64,000 nt of DNA. It comes from Clostridiales bacterium. Its GTDB lineage: Bacteria; Bacillota; Clostridia; Christensenellales; CAG-314. The DNA lies in assembly GCA_022508345.1 (NCBI GenBank), contig JAFLVK010000001.1, positions 100,371 through 164,370 of the forward strand. The letters are read 5' to 3'. Each line of letters opens with the position of its first letter. Position 1 is the stretch's first letter. The position numbers and the translations under genes were made by a program. The notes under the pieces are model-generated. The model was not told the DNA's origin and made no database searches. It was given only the letters and a program-made list of their open reading frames with translations. Positions 26,205 through 35,600 of the stretch are shown here, piece by piece.

Positions 26205-26966
26205 ATGTTAAACCAGTTTTCACGGACAGAGCTTATATTAGGTAAAAAGGCGATGGAACGTCTTGGCAACTGCCGCGTTGCAGTATTTGGAATAGGCGGC
26301 GTTGGCGGATACACCGTTGAGGCACTTGTTCGCTCGGGCATTGGCGCCGTTGATTTAATAGACGACGACAGGGTATGCCTTACAAACATAAACCGTCAAA
26401 TTTACGCCACAAGGAAAACTGTAGGCAAATACAAGGTGGACGTTGCAGCCGAACGTATTGCGGAAATAAATCCCAATGTTACGGTGCACACCTACAAAAC
26501 ATTTTACACCCCCGATACCGCCCACGAATTCGACTTCACGCAGTACGACTATGTTGTGGACGCTATCGATACGGTAACGGGCAAAATCGGGCTTGTGTTG
26601 CAAGCGCAGGCAGCAGCAACACCCATTATCAGCTCGATGGGGGCAGGCAACAAGCTGGACCCCACTGCTTTTCAAGTGGCTGATATTTACGAGACAAGTG
26701 TGTGCCCGCTTGCAAAGGTCATGCGCAAGGAGCTGTCGCGCCGAGGCGTACAAGCGCTAAAGGTTGTGTATTCACAGGAAAAGCCGCTTGTTCCGATAGA
26801 CGACCTGGAAATAAGTTGCAAACAGCACTGCATTTGCCCGCCCGGTACGGAGAGAAAATGCACGGCGCGTAGGCAAGTACCCGGTAGCACTGCTTTTGTC
26901 CCATCCGTTGTTGGGCTGATTATCGCAGGCGAAGTCATTAAAGACCTGACCAAAGGCTTAATATAG
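26205..26966 (+). CDS. tcdA: tRNA threonylcarbamoyladenosine dehydratase (ThiF/E1-like)
   Basis: MLNQFSRTELILG..., Rossmann motif VAVFGIGGVGG, and DDDRVCLTNINRQ. Confidence 0.8.
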   Translation: MLNQFSRTELILGKKAMERLGNCRVAVFGIGGVGGYTVEALVRSGIGAVDLIDDDRVCLTNINRQIYATRKTVGKYKVDVAAERIAEINPNVTVHTYKTFYTPDTAHEFDFTQYDYVVDAIDTVTGKIGLVLQAQAAATPIISSMGAGNKLDPTAFQVADIYETSVCPLAKVMRKELSRRGVQALKVVYSQEKPLVPIDDLEISCKQHCICPPGTERKCTARRQVPGSTAFVPSVVGLIIAGEVIKDLTKGLI

Positions 26967-26988
26967 CAATCATTTTGGAACAAAACCA

Positions 26989-27019
26989 AAGGCTCCCATG
27001 TGCAATGGGAGCCTTTTTT
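26989..27019. terminator. Bidirectional terminator between convergent tcdA and the DUF362 gene
   Basis: AAGGCTCCCAT-gtgca-ATGGGAGCCTT followed by TTTT. Confidence 0.75.
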
Positions 27020-27021
27020 CA

Positions 27022-27891
27022 TTACTCATTGGTTATGTCAACAAGCGTGTATTCTCTACTGCCGTAGCCGTGCTCAGCAGCTGCCTCGATTGTGTGAACA
27101 CCGTTGCGCGACTCTATCCTTTCAAGCAGGTGGTCACGCCCCTTGTCATTAGATTTGTACACAAGGTCAATGCAAGCCTGGTCGATTGCAATGGGGTCGG
27201 TGGAAATAAGCACGCCAATGTCACTGATACAGGGGTCTTCGGCAACAGCGCAGCAGTCGCAGTCTACGGACATATTTTTCATGACATTGATGTAAACAAT
27301 CTTACCCTTGAAAAATTCGATTACGCTACCTGCAGCATCCGCCATCGATTCCAAAAATCTGTCGTGGTCGGCAGTCCAGATATCCTTGGGATCACCACAA
27401 CCGTGAATGTACGCCTTGCCGTAACTGGATGCAACGCCAATGGACAGCTGCTTTAACGCTCCGCCATATCCACCCATGGGGTGTCCCTTGAAGTGCGAAA
27501 GCACCAGCATCGAATCGTAATTTACAATGTTTTTGCCAACGTAATTTTTCTTGATAACCTTACCGTTGGAAATATCCAACACAAGGTCGGGTCCGGCAGC
27601 GTCCATCAAATCAAGGTCAAACACATCCCAGCCGTGTTTTTTGAAAGTTTCAAGGTGCTTTTCGGTGGTATCTCTGCCACCGTCGTAGGCAGTGTTACAT
27701 TCCACTACCGTGCCGCCCACCTTGTCAATTATTGGTCTGAAAAAATCCGGTCCCAAAAAGTTTTGATTGCCGGGTTCTCCCGAGTGCAGCTTGATTGCAA
27801 CCTTGCCACCAAGTTGAACTCCCAGCTTGTTGTAAAGCTTTACAAGCTCGTCACCGGTCAAATTCTTTGAAAAATACACTACCGATTTCAT
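27022..27891 (-). CDS. DUF362 domain-containing protein
   Basis: VAIKLHSGEPGN..., GHPMGGYGGALKQLSIG. Start at the second ATG (27891), 7 nt after AGGAGG. Confidence 0.65.
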   Translation of the reverse strand: MKSVVYFSKNLTGDELVKLYNKLGVQLGGKVAIKLHSGEPGNQNFLGPDFFRPIIDKVGGTVVECNTAYDGGRDTTEKHLETFKKHGWDVFDLDLMDAAGPDLVLDISNGKVIKKNYVGKNIVNYDSMLVLSHFKGHPMGGYGGALKQLSIGVASSYGKAYIHGCGDPKDIWTADHDRFLESMADAAGSVIEFFKGKIVYINVMKNMSVDCDCCAVAEDPCISDIGVLISTDPIAIDQACIDLVYKSNDKGRDHLLERIESRNGVHTIEAAAEHGYGSREYTLVDITNE

Positions 27892-28136
27892 GGACATTCC
27901 TCCTAAACTTCTGTGCTTTTTTTTGCGCTCTTTGAGATATGTTACTATATTTCATTATTTTTGTCAAACTGAGCCTGTTGTAAAATCTCAAAGCCAAAAT
28001 AAGGCATTTACACAACACGATTTGCGCAAAACTTTCAATTGTTTTCAAATGGATATTGACACAACTGCAACTTAGATATATAATTTAACAACTATATTAT
28101 AAATAAGTGATAAAGATATCTACTAAGGAGAATATT

Positions 28137-30215
28137 ATGGAACTATTGATGATAATGGCGCCTGTTGCCGCTTTGGTCGCGTTGGCTTACGCTTTGTTTG
28201 CCGCGCGTAGCGTCAAGAAAGCTGACGAGGGCACGGATCGCATGAAAAGCATTGCCGCTTCCATTCGCCGTGGCGCAAGCGCCTATCTCAGACGTCAGTA
28301 CAAGACGGTGGGCATATTTTTTGCCGTGGTGTTTGTTGTATTGATTGTACTTGCATTCGCATTTGGACTTGTAAATAAATTTACACCGTTTGCATTTCTC
28401 ACAGGTGGGGTACTTTCGGGATTGTCGGGCTTTATCGGCATGCACATTGCCGTAAGCGCCAATGTACGCACGGCAAACGCAGCACAAAAGAGCCTAAACT
28501 CGGGGCTGAAAATTGCATTCCGCGCAGGTTCGGTAATGGGCTTTGTCGTTGTCGGACTTGGACTGATCGACTTTTCCATATGGTACTTCCTCACTACGTA
28601 CGCATTTAAGCTGGACCCCAAAACCGTAACGGAAGCAATGATCACATTCGGTTTGGGCGCTTCTTCTATGGCGTTGTTTGCGCGTGTCGGCGGCGGTATC
28701 TTTACCAAAGCTGCTGACGTAGGCGCAGACCTTGTAGGCAAGGTGGAAGCAGGAATACCCGAAGACGACCCCAGAAACCCTGCCGTAATTGCAGATAACG
28801 TAGGTGACAACGTCGGCGACGTCGCAGGCATGGGCGCAGATTTGTACGAATCATATGTGGGTTCGCTGTTATCTGCCGTTGCATTGGGCTACGCCGCACT
28901 GGGCAATATCCTGGGGATAATCATTCCCGTCGGTATTGCTTCTATCGGTATATTTGCTTCGCTTATCGGCACGCTGTTTGTGCGCACAGGCGAAAAGCTG
29001 TCGTCCAAGTCGCTGCTTGCCGCTCTCAGGCGGGGCACCTACATTGCAAGCGCCATCTCGGCAGTTGGTTCACTGGCATTTATTTTGCTTGTAAATATCG
29101 ACCTCTACTATTTGTTCTTCGCAATGCTGGCAGGTCTTGTTGCAGGTGTGGCTATCGGGTTCTTTACCGAATACTTCACCTCCGACAATTACCGCCCCAC
29201 CAAAAACCTTGCCAAAAGTACCCAAACGGGCTCGGCTACCGAAATTATTTCCGGCTTGTCGCTGGGCATGCTTTCCACCGTGGTACCTGTTATTATTGTT
29301 GCGGCTGCTGTGATTGTATCATTCCTTATTTGCGGCGGAACGGTTGAAAACCCACAAATGGGGCTGTTTGGCATTGGTATTGCCGCTGTGGGTATGCTTT
29401 CCACACTGGGCATTACACTTGCAACAGACGCGTACGGCCCCATTGCAGATAACGCAGGTGGCATTGCGCAAATGGCAGATATGCCCGAATACGTGCGCGA
29501 ACGCACCGACGCACTGGACGCGCTGGGCAACACCACGGCTGCCACAGGCAAGGGCTTTGCAATCGGTTCGGCTGCGCTTACTGCACTTGCACTGCTGTCC
29601 TCCTTTGTCAATTTGGTGGAAAGCAAGTTGAACCTAGAAGTTAACCTATCCATTATGAACCCCGCGGTGCTTATCGGCTTGTTTATCGGCTGTATGCTCC
29701 CCTTCCTGTTCTCGGCACTGACCATGAGCGCAATAGGAAAGTCGGCGGAGGGCGTTGTGTTGGAAGTGCGCAGACAGTTTAAAGAAATTGTAGGCATAAT
29801 GGACGGAACAAGTGAACCGGACTACCACACATGCGTAGATATCTGCACCAAAGCATCACTAAAACAAATGATACTGCCCAGTATCATCACTGTAATTGCA
29901 CCGATACTTGTGGGACTGTTGCTTGGTATCAGCGGCGTGGCTGGCATGCTACTGGGCGCAACGTCTACGGGCTTTATGCTTGCGATAATGATGTCCAACT
30001 CGGGTGGAGCGTGGGACAATGCCAAGAAATTCATAGAAAACGGCAACTTTGACGGAAAGGGCTCCACCAACCACAAAGCGGCTGTTGTGGGCGACACCGT
30101 AGGTGACCCATTCAAGGACACATCTGGACCGGCAATCAACATACTGATAAAGCTACTGTCCATTGTATCGATAGTATTTGCATCGGTAATTGCTGCATTC
30201 CCATCTATTTTTTAA
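28137..30215 (+). CDS. hppA: Membrane-bound pyrophosphate-energized cation pump, K+-dependent subfamily
   Basis: About 16 TM helices. Motifs DNVGDNVGD, GNTTAATGKGFAIGSAAL (Ala at the K+-dependence position) and VGDTVGDPFKDTSGP. Confidence 0.92.
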   Translation: MELLMIMAPVAALVALAYALFAARSVKKADEGTDRMKSIAASIRRGASAYLRRQYKTVGIFFAVVFVVLIVLAFAFGLVNKFTPFAFLTGGVLSGLSGFIGMHIAVSANVRTANAAQKSLNSGLKIAFRAGSVMGFVVVGLGLIDFSIWYFLTTYAFKLDPKTVTEAMITFGLGASSMALFARVGGGIFTKAADVGADLVGKVEAGIPEDDPRNPAVIADNVGDNVGDVAGMGADLYESYVGSLLSAVALGYAALGNILGIIIPVGIASIGIFASLIGTLFVRTGEKLSSKSLLAALRRGTYIASAISAVGSLAFILLVNIDLYYLFFAMLAGLVAGVAIGFFTEYFTSDNYRPTKNLAKSTQTGSATEIISGLSLGMLSTVVPVIIVAAAVIVSFLICGGTVENPQMGLFGIGIAAVGMLSTLGITLATDAYGPIADNAGGIAQMADMPEYVRERTDALDALGNTTAATGKGFAIGSAALTALALLSSFVNLVESKLNLEVNLSIMNPAVLIGLFIGCMLPFLFSALTMSAIGKSAEGVVLEVRRQFKEIVGIMDGTSEPDYHTCVDICTKASLKQMILPSIITVIAPILVGLLLGISGVAGMLLGATSTGFMLAIMMSNSGGAWDNAKKFIENGNFDGKGSTNHKAAVVGDTVGDPFKDTSGPAINILIKLLSIVSIVFASVIAAFPSIF

Positions 30216-30244
30216 GTAAAATATATAAGGTAAAGGAAACGGTT

Positions 30245-31303
30245 ATGGAAGAATTGAAGGTTCACGAAACAGAAGTAGATTACGGCGTTGTGTTATACGA
30301 AAACAGCAATGCCAAGTCCGTACTGGACGCTCCAACAGGCAAAGTTGGTGCAAAGGGTTGGGCACAGAGAATTTATATGATAATTCTTGCCGTTCTATTG
30401 TTCGGATGGTTTTTGTACAGCCTCATCCACAAGGCAAGTCAACCTGACGTTGGTTTCGGCAAGGCCGTTGTGGAACATATAGCAGCATTTTTCCTGCTGT
30501 TGATGGCAGAGGTAATCTTGATGCTCACGGCGTTTAACGCATGGGGGAAATTTGCTCGCGCAGTATTAAAACACAAGTCTTTAACACGTAAACACGGCAT
30601 AGAAGGCGCGCAAACTCGCCAATTGGAAGCAGAACTACAAGCCGCTGACGCAAACAAGGCAAAGGAAGACGCTGTCCTAGTTTACCGCGATTACATTGTT
30701 GTGGTAAACCGTGGCGAAACTACAACAATAGACCGCTCTCAGCTGCGACGTGTATCGTGTAAGCGCGGGTCTGTGGGATATCATGTTTGCTTTGACTTGT
30801 ATGACGACACGCAAGTAATGACCTACCTTCAGCTGCCAATATCGGAAATTCCCTTTATAAAAAAGCACTTCGACAACTTCGAATACACTCCTGCTCAGCG
30901 AGAAAAGGGGTATTTCAAAAAGAAGTTCCCAATGCTTATTTTTGCATTTTTACCGCTGCTTTTGGGCATTGCCATTCTAATTTTGCGCAGTTTGGTTCTG
31001 CAAGGCATGCCCATTATCTTCGGAATTGTGTTCATGGCATTTGGCGTAGTTTTCATAACAGCGCAATTCAGCGACATTGCAGTGATAGGACACGGCGTGT
31101 TGACAATACTGGGAGGAATACTCCTAGTTGGCTTGCCCCTTGGCATTGCATTGCAAATAGTTGATTTGGTAGAAGAAATTTCCTTAGTAAATGTACTCAC
31201 CACGTTTACACCGTTCCACGCAGTGTTTTCGGTATTTTTGGGGTTTGGACCTATGCTCATTATCATTGGCATTTCAGCTATTTGCGATTGCGCCAAGCTG
31301 TAA
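30245..31303 (+). CDS. Integral membrane protein of unknown function (possible bPH/YcxB-like cytoplasmic module)
   Basis: 352 aa. 2 N-terminal and about 4 C-terminal TM helices. Starts 29 nt after hppA. Confidence 0.5.
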   Translation: MEELKVHETEVDYGVVLYENSNAKSVLDAPTGKVGAKGWAQRIYMIILAVLLFGWFLYSLIHKASQPDVGFGKAVVEHIAAFFLLLMAEVILMLTAFNAWGKFARAVLKHKSLTRKHGIEGAQTRQLEAELQAADANKAKEDAVLVYRDYIVVVNRGETTTIDRSQLRRVSCKRGSVGYHVCFDLYDDTQVMTYLQLPISEIPFIKKHFDNFEYTPAQREKGYFKKKFPMLIFAFLPLLLGIAILILRSLVLQGMPIIFGIVFMAFGVVFITAQFSDIAVIGHGVLTILGGILLVGLPLGIALQIVDLVEEISLVNVLTTFTPFHAVFSVFLGFGPMLIIIGISAICDCAKL

Positions 31304-31353
31304 CAACGCAACTAAAAATCAAGGTGCACAAGCACCACTTAATATCAAATAAA

Positions 31354-31378
31354 AACGGCGAGAAATTATCTCGCCGTT
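31354..31378. terminator. Bidirectional terminator between convergent genes
   Basis: AACGGCGAGA-aatta-TCTCGCCGTT flanked by an A-run and a T-run. Confidence 0.8.
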
Positions 31379-31383
31379 TTCTG

Positions 31384-32634
31384 TTATTCATTGTTTTCAG
31401 TTTCGCTAGCTTTGGCTGTAACTTTTCCGTGGCGTTTGTCATAAACAAGCAAAAATACTGTTCGTACAAACAAAATAGCGGAAAGTATCATTAACGGAAG
31501 ATCGTTCAACAGGCTGCCCGAAACGAAAAATCCGCATACGAAGAATATTAGCGTTGTAATAAGTGCAGCAACTGCAAGATACGCGCCCTCAACCTTCAAA
31601 ACGGTTGAATAGCTCCTGCCCCACTGCGACTTCATAGTCCTCAGTACTAGCCATGCCACAAACGCCAGCGCCAAAGCGAAGAGTGTTACTACCACCAGGT
31701 ATCTTAAGATATTGCCAAGATACAAGCTCGCATACAGCGGAACAGCGGCATAGAAAGCCTCCCTGAGGAAAGCATCGGTTTCGCTTGCCGACACGTTGCC
31801 GACGTGCTTTGCGCTGTACAAGCCGTAGAAAGTAACCGGCAAATTACCGTCGGTATGAAATGAACCAACCAAAAACTCCTCAAAGATAAACAGATAATCG
31901 CAAGCCTGTTGGCTATTTATATAATTGTCGTAGTAGTAATTTCTGAGCAACGGCGCCGAACCTGCGGAAACATACTTTGTTATTTCGGGATAGTATGCTT
32001 GCAGATACAGCGCGTAAACATCTAAATTGTACTCCTCTTGAGAAATGGAGTTTTTGCTTGCCAGTAAGCTATTGTACTGCTGCTTTATGTCGTCACTATC
32101 TGTCGTGTTCAAGTACTGCTCGTACTGTGCAACCAATTCGTCTGTCAGCACCAGCTCGTTGGGTGTGTAGCGCAAATTGAAGATGTAATTTATCTTTTCT
32201 TCGTCGGGCAATGCCAGATAAGCCTCGTAGGTAATCTCGCTTGAACCGTCGTAGTACACGCAGTACGTTTCGAAATCGTCCAATGCCGTAGACGGGCGAG
32301 TATCAACAACCAGGTTGTAACCGTTTGTGCTGTAAAGGTCCGCATCCTCCTTATTGACGAAGGTGTTTACCACTGTGTCAAATGCAGCGTGACTGTCACT
32401 GACTGTTACGTCCAAGTTGTCGAAAGCCGCCTGCGCAAATGCCTTGAAGTCCGTTGCGTGGTTGTAATGCGTTGCAAACGGCAAGAAATTTGCCGCAAGC
32501 AATCCACAGAAAATGAACGCAAGTGCCAACAGCAAGCCAAGGAAGAAGCTCAAAAAGCCTTTGCTATTGCTTTCCCTGGCTACCTTGTCGGAGAAGAAGC
32601 TCAGTCCAAAAAATCTAAGCCAACTTTTCATCAT
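31384..32634 (-). CDS. Polytopic membrane protein with large extracytoplasmic loop (DUF1189-like architecture)
   Basis: 416 aa. N-terminal TM, then a ~250-aa Y/D/N-rich loop, then 3-4 C-terminal TM helices. 60 nt downstream of the giant gene on the same strand. Confidence 0.5.
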   Translation of the reverse strand: MMKSWLRFFGLSFFSDKVARESNSKGFLSFFLGLLLALAFIFCGLLAANFLPFATHYNHATDFKAFAQAAFDNLDVTVSDSHAAFDTVVNTFVNKEDADLYSTNGYNLVVDTRPSTALDDFETYCVYYDGSSEITYEAYLALPDEEKINYIFNLRYTPNELVLTDELVAQYEQYLNTTDSDDIKQQYNSLLASKNSISQEEYNLDVYALYLQAYYPEITKYVSAGSAPLLRNYYYDNYINSQQACDYLFIFEEFLVGSFHTDGNLPVTFYGLYSAKHVGNVSASETDAFLREAFYAAVPLYASLYLGNILRYLVVVTLFALALAFVAWLVLRTMKSQWGRSYSTVLKVEGAYLAVAALITTLIFFVCGFFVSGSLLNDLPLMILSAILFVRTVFLLVYDKRHGKVTAKASETENNE

Positions 32635-32693
32635 TTCACCTCATTTGTTTGAAATATCCGTGCCAAGTTGATGGCAAACCGCATGCTTGCACA

Positions 32694-35600
32694 TCAAGCG
32701 TACTTGGCCCATTCCGTATCTGCCAGCGATTGCTTGAGGTTGCTGATGTGATCGGTGTAGTGCCAACCGTTTGTGCCCACAAGGCCGGAATCACGGTAAA
32801 TGCGGTTCATGTGCCACTGGATGTGGTCGGTATTTGCAACGCCTGCACTCTTGAACTGGCAAAGCAAGCGAATGTAGCGATCGTCACTGAACAGCTTGCT
32901 CATATCGCGCGTGCTTGTATCGGTAGTTTTGAATAACTCCTTTTTGTAAGTTACGCTTCCGCCGTCTACACTGTTTTTGTAATTGTACGACCAAGCAGCA
33001 AGGTCAACATTGAGCGCTGAAATAATCGACTTTTTCGTAGCCAAAGTTTTAAGCGCGCCGGCCTCCGAGCCACCGCTTGTCAGCTCGTAACTGTTGGAGC
33101 TATTGTTCCACAGATAATGCTTACGAGTACTTCCGCCCGAATATTGGTTGAGCAGTACCAGGTTGAAATATCGCGTATCATCGGCATGCTTACCACCGTC
33201 TTGACCGAACCACTCTGTGTATTCGTTCATTTCCAACAAGGTGCTGTCCATCAACGATTTAACTGTGGACGAGCCCACTGCATCTACAACGCTTGACGCA
33301 ATGGCTTTGAGCAAGCCGCTGGTGTTGAAGTAGCTCAAGCAATCAACAAAGCCCTTGAAGTAATACAGGCTGCTATCCGAACCGCTGCAAATTGCTCTTA
33401 CCGATTCGACGATAACAATGTTTTCAAGGTACGCCTGCGTGTTGTCGCCATTCATTACGATACCGTAGTCAGCGCAGTAGCGCACAACGGTGTTTTTCAG
33501 ATAGTCTTTCCTGTTGCCGCCCAAGTCCAAGCCAATGCGCCAGCCTTGAATGTCACAGTAGAAGTAGTAATTGTATGTTGCGCCAACGCCGATGTTTAAG
33601 CGGTAATTATCCTTAGTTATTTCACTTACAATGTTACGCCCTTTAAGCGTGACGTTGTACGCCTGGCCGATGTTGAGATAATGGTTCCAGCTTACCTCCT
33701 GACCTTCCGCTTTACATGCTTCGTAAGCTCTGGTATTGAACTTGTCGAAGTTGACCTGATAGCCGTTACCGTAAATTATACTTTTGTTAAGCGTAGACAC
33801 GTTGAGATACACAAGTCCGTTGCTTTCGTTTATGCTGTACTCGGAAAGTGCCGGATCAAGCACGAGTTTCGAATCAACGTCGTCGCGCTCACCAGGTCCG
33901 TACAGGTTGTTTTGCAGTACGACACTACCGCCGGGATATGCAAGGTAGCCCGCTGCGTCAAAGACGTTAACTAGCGCCGTGTTGTTGAGCACGTTGAAGT
34001 TGTAGTGACGGGATACGGTGCTTTCCGATACGCCGTCGTTTGCCTCTACGCGCAGGAATGCACCCGCATTTGCACTGGGGGCAAAGGTACGTCCGCTGCC
34101 GTCGTCAGTTGCTTGTGTGTACTTGTAGCCGCTTTCGCCAAAGTCGCCGAAGTAGTCGTTTTGTACGTCACTTTCAGACAGACCTGCAAAGCTTCCGAAG
34201 TAAATACGCGCATATCCCGGTTCGCTGAACACGTCAACCCAGGTGATACCACCACTGTTTTGTCCGTTTTCGTCCGTTACGACGTTGCCGCCAACCTCTT
34301 GCAGATAGTAACCTTTTGTTCCCTTGATAATGCTGTACGCTTTGCCGTTGTAGGTTACAGTTGTACCTGATTGCGAAGTGATTACCTGTTGATTTCCGCC
34401 TACCACACGCGTAAGCACCCAGTTGAGCGATTGGTAATCTTCTTGTGATGCGGCACCGATATTTGTGGTGACACTAAGGGGTATTTTGTAGTAGTCCACC
34501 TGTTTACCGTCGTAGTAAGAGTGCTTTGCAAATACCCTCACCTGTTGGTAACCGAGATATACGTCGTCCTTTTTGCCGATGTCGTAACCGTTGAACTCAA
34601 TACTTTGGATAGCAACGCGTGTAACGATAACCGTCTGAGTGATGTTGCCGTGATGAATGTCCAACGATTGATTGAACTTAGTAACGGAGGGGGTTACAAC
34701 GATAGTTGCTGAAGTTGCATCGTAGGAGACAGCCCAATCCTGCAAGCCGTCAATGCTGAACAGCGTTTGGAACTTTTCGTTGTTGCCCACACCGCCAAGT
34801 AGGTTGTCGCCCAAGCCGATGATAAAGGTTATCCTGTCCTGCATATTGCGCGGAAAGGTGTAATTGATAGCTGAACCGCCCCCTGACACAGTGTAGGTTT
34901 CCAGCTTCTTTGCGCCCTCTTGCGTGGACGTGTAGGAGGCAGTGAGCGTGAAGGACTCCACTTGCGAAATCTGTTTGAGGTTGATTTCAAATTCGTTCGT
35001 TCCGCCGTCTGCCGACTTGAAGTACACCTTGCTGGCGTCGTAGCCCAAGTCTACCGTTACCTTGCCGTTTACAACGTCAACCGTAGCCCATTGACCGCCG
35101 TCTATTCTCCACATTACCTGCTTGTTGGTAATGTCGCTTCTGTTATCCAGCCTGCTTAGCGTTACAGTGAAGTCAATCTTGTCCAATAGCGTGAAGTATT
35201 CGCCATTGCCGCTGACAAACTTTGTGTTTCCGTAACTTACCGCAATTTGGTTAGCTTTTACTTTTACAGTCACCTTGATGTCGTACTGTATGTTGCTTAT
35301 TGTAAGCTGTACTGTAGCTGTACCGCCGTTTGTTGCCTTGATAATGATTTGCTTGCCGTCCTGCGACACGGTGGAATTGAAGTAAGCTGTGCCGTTCAAA
35401 ACAGGCAGATGCTCACTCAAAACAAAATCGGCAGGAACAAAGCTATCACCCACAGTGAACACAAGCGTTTCGCCAATGTCCTCCAGCACAAATTCGTTTA
35501 CCGCATCAGTTTGCAAAGCCACACCGTTAGCCGTAACCGTGGGCGCCTCGCGCAACGTGCCGAAAGTGGAGATCATATCGCAAGCAACGGATATGTGTTC

